Below, piece by piece: positions 12,612 through 27,600 of a stretch of 64,000 nt of DNA (its first letter is position 1; each line of letters begins with the position of its first letter). The DNA lies in contig JAUCBJ010005018.1 of the NCBI GenBank assembly GCA_032718475.1, positions 9,613 through 73,612 of the forward strand, in the 5' to 3' direction. This DNA comes from Nemertoderma westbladi. Its lineage: Eukaryota; Animalia; Xenacoelomorpha. The position numbers and the translations under genes are program-made. Below the pieces are notes generated by a model. It saw only the letters and a program-made list of their open reading frames with translations, ran no database searches and was not told where the DNA came from.

Positions 12612-15600
12612 AAAGAGGAACGCATGGAGCGATAGGTAGAGCGATAGGTAGAGTTCCAACAAAGAGGATCGCATGGAGCGATAGGTACAGTTCCAACAAA
12701 GAGGAACGCACGGAGCGATAGGCAGAGTTCCAACAAAGAGGAACGCACGGAGTGATAGGTAGAGTTCCAACAAAGAGGATCGCATGGAGCGATAGGTAGA
12801 GTCAACAAAGAGGAACGCACGGAGCGATAGGTAGAGTCAACAAAGAGGAACGCACGGAGAGATGGTAAAGTTTATTAGAGTTATACAAAGAAGATCGCAT
12901 GGAGCAATAGGTAGAGTCAACAAAGAGGAACGCATGGAGCAATAGGTAGAGTCAACAAAGAGGAATGCATGGAGCGATAGGTAGAATTTATTATGAGTTA
13001 TACAAAGAGGATCGCATGGAGCAATAGGTAGAGTCAACAAAGAGGAACGCATGGAGCAATAGGTAGAGTCAACAAAGAGGAATGCATGGAGCGATAGGTA
13101 GAGTTTATTATGAGTTATACAAAGAGGATCGCACGGAGCGATAGGTAGAATTTATTATGAGTTATACAAAGAGGATCGCACGGAGCGATAGGTAGAATTT
13201 ATTATGAGTTATACAAAGAGGAACGCACGGACCGATAGGTAGAGTTTATTATGAGTTATACAAAGAGGATCGCACGGAGCGATAGGTAGAATTTATTATG
13301 AGTTATACAAAGAGGATCGCACGGACCGATAGGTAGAGTTTATTATGAGTTATACAAAGAGGATCGCACGGAGCGATAGGTAGAGTTTATTATGAGTTAT
13401 ACAAAGAGGATCGCATGGAGCAATAGGTAGAGTCAACAAAGAGGAACGCACGGAGCGATGGGTAGAATTTATTATGAGTTATACAAAGAGGATCGCACGG
13501 ACCGATAGGTAGAGTTTATTATGAGTTATACAAAGAGGATCGCACGGAGCGATAGGTAGAGTTTATTATGAGTTATACAAAGAGGATCGCATGGAGCAAT
13601 AGGTAGAGTCAACAAAGAGGAACGCACGGAGCGATGGGTAGAGTTTATTATGAGTTATACAAAGAGGATCGCATGGAGCGATAGGTAGAGTTTATTATGA
13701 GTTATACAAAGAGGATCTCATGGAGCAATAGGTAGAGTCAACAAAGAGGAACGCATGGAGCGATAGGTAGAGTTTATTATGAATTATACAAAGAGGATCG
13801 CCCAGAGCGATAGGTAGAGTTTATTATGAGTTATACAAAGAGGATCGCATGGAGCAATAGGTAGAGTTTATTATGAGTTATACAAAGAGGATCGCATGGA
13901 GCGATAGGTAGAGTTTATTATGAGTTATACAAAGAGGATCTCATGGAGCAATAGGTAGAGTCAACAAAGAGGAACGCACGGAGCGATAGGTAGAGTTTAT
14001 TATGAGTTATACAAAGAGGATCGCATGGAGCGATAGGTAGAGTTTATTATGAATTATACAAAGAGGATCGCACGGAGCGATAGGTAGAGTCAACAAAGAG
14101 GAACGCACGGAGCGATGGGTAGAGTCAACAAAGAGGAACGCACGGAGCGATAGGTAGAGTTTATTATGAATTATACAAAGAGGAACGCACGGAGCGATAG
14201 GTAGAGTCAACAAAGAGGAACGCACGGAGCGATAGGTAGAGTTTATTATGAGTTATACAAAGAGGAACGCACGGAGCGATAGGTAGAGTTTATTATGAAT
14301 TATACAAAGAGGAACGCACGGAGCGATAGGTAGAGTCAACAAAGAGGAACGCACGGAGCGATAGGTAGAGTTTATTATGAGTTATACAAAGAGGAACGCA
14401 CGGAGCGATAGGTAGAGTTTATTATGAATTATACAAAGAGGATCGCACGGAGCGATAGGTAGAGTTTATTATGAATTATACAAAGAGGATCGCACGGAGC
14501 GATAGGTAGAGTCAACAAAGAGGAACGCACGGAGCGATGGGTAGAGTCAACAAAGAGGAACGCACGGAGCGATAGGTAGAGTTTATTATGAATTATACAA
14601 AGAGGAACGCACGGAGCGATAGGTAGAGTCAACAAAGAGGAACGCACGGAGCGATAGGTAGAGTTTATTATGAGTTATACAAAGAGGATCGCACGGAGCG
14701 ATAGGTAGAGTTTATTATGAGTTATACAAAGAGGATCGCACGGAGCGATAGGTAGAGTTTATTATGAGTTATACAAAGAGGATCGCACGGAGCGATAGGT
14801 AGAGTCAACAAAGAGGAACGCACGGAGCGATAGGTAGAGTTTATTATGAGTTATACAAAGAGGATCGCACGGAGCGATAGGTAGAGTTTATTATGAGTTA
14901 TACAAAGAGGATCGCACGGAGCGATAGGTAGAGTTTATTATGAGTTATACAAAGAGGATCGCACGGAGCGATAGGTAGAGTCAACAAAGAGGAACGCACG
15001 GAGCGATGGGTAGAGTCAACAAAGAGGAACGCACGGAGCGATAGGTAGAGTTTATTATGAATTATACAAAGAGGAACGCACGGAGCGATAGGTAGAGTCA
15101 ACAAAGAGGAACGCATGGAGCAATAGGTAGAGTCAACAAAGAGGAACGCACGGAGCGATAGGTAGAGTTTATTATGAGTTATACAAAGAGGATCGCACGG
15201 AGCGATAGGTAGAGTTTATTATGAGTTATACAAAGAGGATCGCACGGAGCGATAGGTAGAGTCAACAAAGAGGAACGCACGGAGCGATGGGTAGAGTCAA
15301 CAAAGAGGAACGCACGGAGCGATAGGTAGAGTTTATTATGAATTATACAAAGAGGAACGCACGGAGCGATAGGTAGAGTCAACAAAGAGGAACGCATGGA
15401 GCAATAGGTAGAGTCAACAAAGAGGAACGCACGGAGCGATAGGTAGAGTTTATTATGAGTTATACAAAGAGGATCGCACGGAGCGATAGGTAGAGTTTAT
15501 TATGAGTTATACAAAGAGGATCGCACGGAGCGATAGGTAGAGTCAACAAAGAGGAACGCATGGAGCAATAGGTAGAGTCAACAAAGAGGAACGCACGGAG

Positions 15601-18600
15601 CGATAGGTAGAGTTTATTATGAGTTATACAAAGAGGATCGCACGGAGCGATAGGTAGAGTCAACAAAGAGGAACGCATGGAGCAATAGGTAGAGTCAACA
15701 AAGAGGAACGCACGGAGCGATAGGTAGAGTTTATTATGAGTTATACAAAGAGGATCGCACGGAGCGATAGGTAGAGTTTATTATGAGTTATACAAAGAGG
15801 ATCGCACGGAGCGATAGGTAGAGTCAACAAAGAGGAACGCACGGAGCGATGGGTAGAGTCAACAAAGAGGAACGCACGGAGCGATAGGTAGAGTTTATTA
15901 TGAATTATACAAAGAGGAACGCACGGAGCGATAGGTAGAGTCAACAAAGAGGAACGCACGGAGCGATAGGTAGAGTTTATTATGAGTTATACAAAGAGGA
16001 TCGCACGGAGCGATAGGTAGAGTTTATTATGAGTTATACAAAGAGGATCGCACGGAGCGATAGGTAGAGTTTATTATGAATTATACAAAGAGGAACGCAC
16101 GGAGCGATAGGTAGAGTCAACAAAGAGGAACGCACGGAGCGATAGGTAGAGTTTATTATGAGTTATACAAAGAGGATCGCACGGAGCGATAGGTAGAGTT
16201 TATTATGAATTATACAAAGAGGAACGCACGGAGCGATAGGTAGAGTCAACAAAGAGGAACGCACGGAGCGATAGGTAGAGTTTATTATGAGTTATACAAA
16301 GAGGATCGCACGGAGCGATAGGTAGAGTTTATTATGAGTTATACAAAGAGGATCGCACGGAGCGATAGGTAGAGTTTATTATGAGTTATACAAAGAGGAT
16401 CGCACGGAGCGATAGGTAGAGTTTATTATGAGTTATACAAAGAGGATCGCATGGAGCAATAGGTAGAGTCAACAAAGAGGAACGCACGGAGCGATAGGTA
16501 GAGTTTATTATGAGTTATACAAAGAGGATCGCACGGAGCGATAGGTAGAGTTTATTATGAGTTATACAAAGAGGATCGCATGGAGCAATAGGTAGAGTCA
16601 ACAAAGAGGAACGCACGGAGCGATAGGTAGAGTTTATTATGAGTTATACAAAGAGGATCGCATGGAGCAATAGGTAGAGTCAACAAAGAGGAACGCACGG
16701 AGCGATAGGTAGAGTTTATTATGAGTTATACAAAGAGGATCGCACGGAGCGATAGGTAGAGTTTATTATGAGTTATACAAAGAGGATCGCACGGAGCGAT
16801 AGGTAGAGTTTATTATGAATTATACAAAGAGGAACGCACGGAGCGATAGGTAGAGTCAACAAAGAGGAACGCACGGAGCGATAGGTAGAGTTTATTATGA
16901 GTTATACAAAGAGGAACGCACGGAGCGATAGGTAGAGTTTATTATGAATTATACAAAGAGGAACGCACGGAGCGATAGGTAGAGTCAACAAAGAGGAACG
17001 CACGGAGCGATAGGTAGAGTTTATTATGAGTTATACAAAGAGGATCGCACGGAGCGATAGGTAGAGTTTATTATGAATTATACAAAGAGGAACGCACGGA
17101 GCGATAGGTAGAGTCAACAAAGAGGAACGCACGGAGCGATAGGTAGAGTTTATTATGAGTTATACAAAGAGGATCGCACGGAGCGATAGGTAGAGTTTAT
17201 TATGAATTATACAAAGAGGAACGCACGGAGCGATAGGTAGAGTCAACAAAGAGGAACGCACGGAGCGATAGGTAGAGTTTATTATGAGTTATACAAAGAG
17301 GATCGCACGGAGCGATAGGTAGAGTTTATTATGAGTTATACAAAGAGGATCGCACGGAGCGATAGGTAGAGTTTATTATGAGTTATACAAAGAGGATCGC
17401 ACGGAGCGATAGGTAGAGTTTATTATGAGTTATACAAAGAGGATCGCATGGAGCAATAGGTAGAGTCAACAAAGAGGAACGCACGGAGCGATAGGTAGAG
17501 TTTATTATGAGTTATACAAAGAGGATCGCATGGAGCGATAGGTAGAGTTTATTATGAATTATACAAAGAGGAACGCACGGAGCGATAGGTAGAGTCAACA
17601 AAGAGGAACGCACGGAGCGATAGGTAGAGTTTATTATGAGTTATACAAAGAGGATCGCATGGAGCAATAGGTAGAGTCAACAAAGAGGATCGCACGGAGC
17701 GATAGGTAGAGTTTATTATGAATTATACAAAGAGGAACGCACGGAGCGATAGGTAGAGTTTATTATGAGTTATACAAAGAGGATCGCACGGAGCGATAGG
17801 TAGAGTTTATTATGAGTTATACAAAGAGGATCGCACGGAGCGATAGGTAGAGTTTATTATGAGTTATACAAAGAGGAACGCACGGAGCGATAGGTAGAGT
17901 CAACAAAGAGGATCGCACGGAGCGATAGGTAGAGTTTATTATGAGTTATACAAAGAGGATCGCACGGAGCGATAGGTAGAGTTTATTATGAATTATACAA
18001 AGAGGAACGCACGGAGCGATAGGTAGAGTTTATTATGAGTTATACAAAGAGGATCGCACGGAGCGATAGGTAGAGTTTATTATGAGTTATACAAAGAGGA
18101 TCGCACGGAGCGATAGGTAGAGTTTATTATGAGTTATACAAAGAGGAACGCACGGAGCGATAGGTAGAGTCAACAAAGAGGAACGCACGGAGCGATGGGT
18201 AGAATTTATTATGAGTTATACAAAGAGGATCGCACGGAGCGATAGGTAGAGTCAACAAAGAGGAACGCACGGAGCGATGGGTAGAATTTATTATGAGTTA
18301 TACAAAGAGGAACGCACGGAGCGATAGGTAGAGTTTATTATGAATTATACAAAGAGGAACGCACGGAGCGATAGGTAGAGTCAACAAAGAGGAACGCACG
18401 GAGCGATAGGTAGAGTTTATTATGAATTATACAAAGAGGAACGCACGGAGCGATAGGTAGAGTCAACAAAGAGGAACGCACGGAGCGATAGGTAGAGTTT
18501 ATTATGAATTATACAAAGAGGAACGCACGGAGCGATAGGTAGAGTCAACAAAGAGGAACGCACGGAGCGATGGGTAGAATTTATTATGAGTTATACAAAG

Positions 18601-21600
18601 AGGATCGCACGGAGCGATAGGTAGAGTCAACAAAGAGGAACGCACGGAGCGATGGGTAGAATTTATTATGAGTTATACAAAGAGGAACGCACGGAGCGAT
18701 AGGTAGAGTTTATTATGAATTATACAAAGAGGAACGCACGGAGCGATAGGTAGAGTCAACAAAGAGGAACGCACGGAGCGATGGGTAGAATTTATTATGA
18801 GTTATACAAAGAGGAACGCACGGAGCGATAGGTAGAGTTTATTATGAATTATACAAAGAGGAACGCACGGAGCGATAGGTAGAGTCAACAAAGAGGAACG
18901 CACGGACCGATAGGTAGAGTTTATTATGAGTTATACAAAGAGGATCGCACGGAGCGATAGGTAGAGTTTATTATGAGTTATACAAAGAGGATCGCACGGA
19001 GCGATAGGTAGAGTTTATTATGAGTTATACAAAGAGGATCGCACGGAGCGATAGGTAGAGTCAACAAAGAGGAACGCACGGAGCGATAGGTAGAGTTTAT
19101 TATGAGTTATACAAAGAGGATCGCACGGAGCGATAGGTAGAGTTTATTATGAGTTATACAAAGAGGATCGCACGGAGCGATAGGTAGAGTTTATTATGAG
19201 TTATACAAAGAGGATCGCACGGAGCGATAGGTAGAGTCAACAAAGAGGAACGCACGGAGCGATGGGTAGAGTCAACAAAGAGGAACGCACGGAGCGATAG
19301 GTAGAGTTTATTATGAATTATACAAAGAGGAACGCACGGAGCGATAGGTAGAGTCAACAAAGAGGAACGCATGGAGCAATAGGTAGAGTCAACAAAGAGG
19401 AACGCACGGAGCGATAGGTAGAGTTTATTATGAGTTATACAAAGAGGATCGCACGGAGCGATAGGTAGAGTTTATTATGAGTTATACAAAGAGGATCGCA
19501 CGGAGCGATAGGTAGAGTCAACAAAGAGGAACGCATGGAGCAATAGGTAGAGTCAACAAAGAGGATCGCACGGAGCGATAGGTAGAGTTTATTATGAATT
19601 ATACAAAGAGGAACGCACGGAGCGATAGGTAGAGTCAACAAAGAGGAACGCACGGAGCGATGGGTAGAATTTATTATGAGTTATACAAAGAGGATCGCAC
19701 GGAGCGATAGGTAGAGTCAACAAAGAGGAACGCACGGAGCGATGGGTAGAATTTATTATGAGTTATACAAAGAGGAACGCACGGAGCGATAGGTAGAGTT
19801 TATTATGAGTTATACAAAGAGGATCGCACGGAGCGATAGGTAGAGTCAACAAAGAGGAACGCACGGAGCGATGGGTAGAATTTATTATGAGTTATACAAA
19901 GAGGAACGCACGGAGCGATAGGTAGAGTTTATTATGAATTATACAAAGAGGAACGCACGGAGCGATAGGTAGAGTCAACAAAGAGGAACGCACGGACCGA
20001 TAGGTAGAGTTTATTATGAGTTATACAAAGAGGATCGCACGGAGCGATAGGTAGAGTTTATTATGAGTTATACAAAGAGGATCGCACGGAGTGATAGGTA
20101 GAGTTTATTATGAATTATACAAAGAGGAACGCACGGAGCGATAGGTAGAGTTTATTATGAGTTATACAAAGAGGATCGCACGGAGCGATAGGTAGAGTTT
20201 ATTATGAGTTATACAAAGAGGATCGCACGGAGCGATAGGTAGAGTTTATTATGAGTTATACAAAGAGGATCGCACGGAGCGATAGGTAGAGTTTATTATG
20301 AATTATACAAAGAGGAACGCACGGAGCGATAGGTAGAGTTTATTATGAATTATACAAAGAGGAACGCACGGAGCGATAGGTAGAGTCAACAAAGAGGAAC
20401 GCACGGAGCGATGGGTAGAATTTATTATGAGTTATACAAAGAGGATCGCACGGAGCGATAGGTAGAGTCAACAAAGAGGAACGCACGGAGCGATAGGTAG
20501 AGTTTATTATGAGTTATACAAAGAGGATCGCACGGAGCGATAGGTAGAGTTTATTATGAGTTATACAAAGAGGATCGCACGGAGCGATAGGTAGAGTTTA
20601 TTATGAGTTATACAAAGAGGATCGCACGGAGCGATAGGTAGAGTTTATTATGAATTATACAAAGAGGATCGCACGGAGCGATAGGTAGAGTTTATTATGA
20701 ATTATACAAAGAGGATCGCACGGAGCGATAGGTAGAGTCAACAAAGAGGAACGCACGGAGCGATGGGTAGAATTTATTATGAGTTATACAAAGAGGATCG
20801 CACGGAGCGATAGGTAGAGTTTATTATGAATTATACAAAGAGGAACGCACGGAGCGATAGGTAGAGTTTATTATGAATTATACAAAGAGGATCGCACGGA
20901 GCGATAGGTAGAGTTTATTATGAGTTATACAAAGAGGATCGCACGGAGCGATAGGTAGAGTTTATTATGAATTATACAAAGAGGAACGCACGGAGCGATA
21001 GGTAGAGTCAACAAAGAGGAACGCACGGAGCGATAGGTAGAGTTTATTATGAGTTATACAAAGAGGATCGCACGGACCGATAGGTAGAGTTTATTATGAG
21101 TTATACAAAGAGGATCGCACGGAGCGATAGGTAGAGTTTATTATGAATTATACAAAGAGGATCGCACGGAGCGATAGGTAGAGTTTATTATGAATTATAC
21201 AAAGAGGAACGCACGGAGCGATAGGTAGAGTCAACAAAGAGGAACGCACGGAGCGATAGGTAGAGTTTATTATGAATTATACAAAGAGGATCGCACGGAG
21301 CGATAGGTAGAGTTTATTATGAGTTATACAAAGAGGAACGCACGGAGCGATAGGTAGAGTTTATTATGAATTATACAAAGAGGAACGCACGGAGCGATAG
21401 GTAGAGTCAACAAAGAGGAACGCACGGAGCGATAGGTAGAGTTTATTATGAATTATACAAAGAGGATCGCACGGAGCGATAGGTAGAGTTTATTATGAAT
21501 TATACAAAGAGGATCGCACGGAGCGATAGGTAGAGTTTATTATGAATTATACAAAGAGGAACGCACGGAGCGATAGGTAGAGTCAACAAAGAGGAACGCA

Positions 21601-24600
21601 CGGAGCGATAGGTAGAGTTTATTATGAATTATACAAAGAGGATCGCACGGAGCGATAGGTAGAGTTTATTATGAATTATACAAAGAGGAACGCACGGAGC
21701 GATAGGTAGAGTCAACAAAGAGGAACGCACGGAGCGATAGGTAGAGTTTATTATGAATTATACAAAGAGGATCGCACGGAGCGATAGGTAGAGTTTATTA
21801 TGAATTATACAAAGAGGAACGCACGGAGCGATAGGTAGAGTCAACAAAGAGGAACGCACGGAGCGATAGGTAGAGTTTATTATGAGTTATACAAAGAGGA
21901 TCGCACGGAGCGATAGGTAGAGTTTATTATGAGTTATACAAAGAGGATCGCACGGAGCGATAGGTAGAGTTTATTATGAGTTATACAAAGAGGATCGCAC
22001 GGAGCGATAGGTAGAGTCAACAAAGAGGAACGCACGGAGCGATAGGTAGAGTTTATTATGAATTATACAAAGAGGATCGCACGGAGCGATAGGTAGAGTT
22101 TATTATGAATTATACAAAGAGGAACGCACGGAGCGATAGGTAGAGTCAACAAAGAGGAACGCACGGACCGATAGGTAGAGTTTATTATGAGTTATACAAA
22201 GAGGATCGCACGGAGCGATAGGTAGAGTTTATTATGAGTTATACAAAGAGGAACGCACGGAGCGATAGGTAGAGTTTATTATGAATTATACAAAGAGGAA
22301 CGCACGGAGCGATAGGTAGAGTTTATTATGAGTTATACAAAGAGGATCGCACGGAGCGATAGGTAGAGTTTATTATGAGTTATACAAAGAGGAACGCACG
22401 GAGCGATAGGTAGAGTTTATTATGAATTATACAAAGAGGAACGCACGGAGCGATAGGTAGAGTTTATTATGAGTTATACAAAGAGGATCGCACGGAGCGA
22501 TAGGTAGAGTTTATTATGAGTTATACAAAGAGGATCGCACGGAGCGATAGGTAGAGTCAACAAAGAGGAACGCACGGAGCGATAGGTAGAGTTTATTATG
22601 AATTATACAAAGAGGAACGCACGGAGCGATAGGTAGAGTCAACAAAGAGGAACGCACGGAGCGATAGGTAGAGTTTATTATGAGTTATACAAAGAGGATC
22701 GCACGGAGCGATAGGTAGAGTTTATTATGAATTATACAAAGAGGAACGCACGGAGCGATAGGTAGAGTCAACAAAGAGGATCGCACGGAGCGATAGGTAG
22801 AGTTTATTATGAGTTATACAAAGAGGATCGCACGGAGCGATAGGTAGAGTTTATTATGAGTTATACAAAGAGGATCGCACGGAGCGATAGGTAGAGTTTA
22901 TTATGAGTTATACAAAGAGGATCGCACGGAGCGATAGGTAGAGTCAACAAAGAGGAACGCACGGAGCGATAGGTAGAGTTTATTATGAATTATACAAAGA
23001 GGATCGCACGGAGCGATAGGTAGAGTTTATTATGAGTTATACAAAGAGGATCGCACGGAGCGATAGGTAGAGTTTATTATGAGTTATACAAAGAGGATCG
23101 CACGGAGCGATAGGTAGAGTCAACAAAGAGGAACGCACGGAGCGATAGGTAGAGTTTATTATGAATTATACAAAGAGGATCGCACGGAGCGATAGGTAGA
23201 GTTTATTATGAGTTATACAAAGAGGATCGCACGGAGCGATAGGTAGAGTCAACAAAGAGGAACGCACGGAGCGATAGGTAGAGTTTATTATGAATTATAC
23301 AAAGAGGATCGCACGGAGCGATAGGTAGAGTTTATTATGAGTTATACAAAGAGGATCGCACGGAGCGATAGGTAGAGTTTATTATGAGTTATACAAAGAG
23401 GATCGCACGGAGCGATAGGTAGAGTCAACAAAGAGGAACGCACGGAGCGATAGGTAGAGTTTATTATGAATTATACAAAGAGGATCGCACGGAGCGATAG
23501 GTAGAGTTTATTATGAGTTATACAAAGAGGATCGCACGGAGCGATAGGTAGAGTCAACAAAGAGGAACGCACGGAGCGATAGGTAGAGTTTATTATGAGT
23601 TATACAAAGAGGATCGCACGGAGCGATAGGTAGAGTTTATTATGAGTTATACAAAGAGGATCGCACGGAGCGATAGGTAGAGTCAACAAAGAGGAACGCA
23701 CGGAGCGATAGGTAGAGTTTATTATGAGTTATACAAAGAGGATCGCACGGAGCGATAGGTAGAGTTTATTATGAGTTATACAAAGAGGATCGCACGGAGC
23801 GATAGGTAGAGTCAACAAAGAGGAACGCACGGAGCGATAGGTAGAGTTTATTATGAATTATACAAAGAGGAACGCACGGAGCGATAGGTAGAGTCAACAA
23901 AGAGGAACGCACGGAGCGATAGGTAGAGTTTATTATGAGTTATACAAAGAGGATCGCACGGAGCGATAGGTAGAGTCAACAAAGAGGAACGCACGGAGCG
24001 ATAGGTAGAGTCAACAAAGAGGAACGCACGGAGCGATAGGTAGAGTTTATTATGAATTATACAAAGAGGATCGCACGGAGCGATAGGTAGAGTTTATTAT
24101 GAATTATACAAAGAGGAACGCACGGAGCGATAGGTAGAGTCAACAAAGAGGAACGCACGGAGCGATAGGTAGAGTTTATTATGAGTTATACAAAGAGGAT
24201 CGCACGGAGCGATAGGTAGAGTCAACAAAGAGGAACGCACGGAGCGATAGGTAGAGTCAACAAAGAGGAACGCACGGAGCGATAGGTAGAGTCAACAAAG
24301 AGGAACGCACGGAGCGATAGGTAGAGTCAACAAAGAGGAACGCACGGAGCGATAGGTAGAGTTTATTATGAGTTATACAAAGAGGATCGCCCAGAGCGAT
24401 AGGTAGAGTTTATTATGAGTTATACAAAGAGGATCGCACGGAGCGATAGGTAGAGTTTATTATGAGTTATACAAAGAGGATCGCACGGAGCGATAGGTAG
24501 AGTCAACAAAGAGGAACGCACGGAGCGATAGGTAGAGTTTATTATGAATTATACAAAGAGGAACGCACGGAGCGATAGGTAGAGTCAACAAAGAGGAACG

Positions 24601-27600
24601 CACGGAGCGATAGGTAGAGTCAACAAAGAGGAACGCACGGAGCGATAGGTAGAGTTTATTATGAATTATACAAAGAGGATCGCACGGAGCGATAGGTAGA
24701 GTTTATTATGAATTATACAAAGAGGAACGCACGGAGCGATAGGTAGAGTCAACAAAGAGGAACGCACGGAGCGATAGGTAGAGTTTATTATGAGTTATAC
24801 AAAGAGGATCGCACGGAGCGATAGGTAGAGTTTATTATGAGTTATACAAAGAGGATCGCACGGAGCGATAGGTAGAGTTTATTATGAGTTATACAAAGAG
24901 GAACGCACGGAGCGATAGGTAGAGTCAACAAAGAGGAACGCACGGAGCGATAGGTAGAGTCAACAAAGAGGAACGCACGGAGCGATAGGTAGAGTTTATT
25001 ATGAATTATACAAAGAGGATCGCACGGAGCGATAGGTAGAGTTTATTATGAATTATACAAAGAGGATCGCACGGAGCGATAGGTAGAGTTTATTATGAAT
25101 TATACAAAGAGGATCGCACGGAGCGATAGGTAGAGTTTATTATGAATTATACAAAGAGGAACGCACGGAGCGATAGGTAGAGTCAACAAAGAGGAACGCA
25201 CGGAGCGATAGGTAGAGTTTATTATGAGTTATACAAAGAGGATCGCACGGAGCGATAGGTAGAGTTTATTATGAGTTATACAAAGAGGAACGCACGGAGC
25301 GATAGGTAGAGTTTATTATGAGTTATACAAAGAGGATCGCACGGAGCGATAGGTAGAGTCAACAAAGAGGAACGCACGGAGCGATAGGTAGAGTTTATTA
25401 TGAGTTATACAAAGAGGATCGCACGGAGCGATAGGTAGAGTTTATTATGAGTTATACAAAGAGGAACGCACGGAGCGATAGGTAGAGTTTATTATGAGTT
25501 ATACAAAGAGGATCGCACGGAGCGATAGGTAGAGTTTATTATGAGTTATACAAAGAGGAACGCACGGAGCGATAGGTAGAGTCAACAAAGAGGAACGCAC
25601 GGAGCGATAGGTAGAGTTTATTATGAGTTATACAAAGAGGATCGCACGGAGCGATAGGTAGAGTTTATTATGAGTTATACAAAGAGGAACGCACGGAGCG
25701 ATAGGTAGAGTTTATTATGAGTTATACAAAGAGGATCGCACGGAGCGATAGGTAGAGTTTATTATGAGTTATACAAAGAGGAACGCACGGAGCGATAGGT
25801 AGAGTTTATTATGAGTTATACAAAGAGGATCGCACGGAGCGATAGGTAGAGTTTATTATGAGTTATACAAAGAGGAACGCACGGAGCGATAGGTAGAGTT
25901 TATTATGAGTTATACAAAGAGGATCGCACGGAGCGATAGGTAGAGTTTATTATGAGTTATACAAAGAGGATCGCACGGAGCGATAGGTAGAGTTTATTAT
26001 GAATTATACAAAGAGGATCGCACGGAGCGATAGGTAGAGTTTATTATGAATTATACAAAGAGGATCGCACGGAGCGATAGGTAGAGTTTATTATGAATTA
26101 TACAAAGAGGAACGCACGGAGCGATAGGTAGAGTCAACAAAGAGGAACGCACGGAGCGATAGGTAGAGTTTATTATGAGTTATACAAAGAGGATCGCACG
26201 GAGCGATAGGTAGAGTTTATTATGAGTTATACAAAGAGGAACGCACGGAGCGATAGGTAGAGTCAACAAAGAGGAACGCACGGAGCGATAGGTAGAGTTT
26301 ATTATGAGTTATACAAAGAGGAACGCACGGAGCGATAGGTAGAGTCAACAAAGAGGAACGCACGGAGCGATAGGTAGAGTTTATTATGAGTTATACAAAG
26401 AGGATCGCACGGAGCGATAGGTAGAGTTTATTATGAGTTATACAAAGAGGAACGCACGGAGCGATAGGTAGAGTTTATTATGAGTTATACAAAGAGGATC
26501 GCACGGAGCGATAGGTAGAGTTTATTATGAGTTATACAAAGAGGAACGCACGGAGCGATAGGTAGAGTTTATTATGAGTTATACAAAGAGGATCGCACGG
26601 AGCGATAGGTAGAGTTTATTATGAGTTATACAAAGAGGATCGCACGGAGCGATAGGTAGAGTTTATTATGAGTTATACAAAGAGGAACGCACGGAGCGAT
26701 AGGTAGAGTTTATTATGAGTTATACAAAGAGGATCGCACGGAGCGATAGGTAGAGTTTATTATGAGTTATACAAAGAGGATCGCACGGAGCGATAGGTAG
26801 AGTTTATTATGAGTTATACAAAGAGGAACGCACGGAGCGATAGGTAGAGTTTATTATGAGTTATACAAAGAGGATCGCACGGAGCGATAGGTAGAGTTTA
26901 TTATGAGTTATACAAAGAGGATCGCACGGAGCGATAGGTAGAGTTTATTATGAGTTATACAAAGAGGATCGCACGGAGCGATAGGTAGAGTTTATTATGA
27001 GTTATACAAAGAGGATCTCATGGAGCAATAGGTAGAGTCAACAAAGAGGAACGCACGGAGCGATAGGTAGAGTTTATTATGAGTTATACAAAGAGGATCG
27101 CACGGAGCGATAGGTAGAGTTTATTATGAATTATACAAAGAGGAACGCACGGAGCGATAGGTAGAGTTTATTATGAGTTATACAAAGAGGAACGCACGGA
27201 GCGATAGGTAGAGTTTATTATGAATTATACAAAGAGGATCGCACGGAGCGATAGGTAGAGTTTATTATGAGTTATACAAAGAGGATCGCACGGAGCGATA
27301 GGTAGAGTCAACAAAGAGGAACGCACGGAGCGATAGGTAGAGTTTATTATGAGTTATACAAAGAGGAACGCACGGAGCGATAGGTAGAGTTTATTATGAG
27401 TTATACAAAGAGGAACGCACGGAGCGATAGGTAGAGTTTATTATGAATTATACAAAGAGGAACGCACGGAGCGATAGGTAGAGTTTATTATGAGTTATAC
27501 AAAGAGGAACGCACGGAGCGATAGGTAGAGTTTATTATGAGTTATACAAAGAGGATCGCATGGAGCGATAGGTAGAGTTTATTATGAATTATACAAAGAG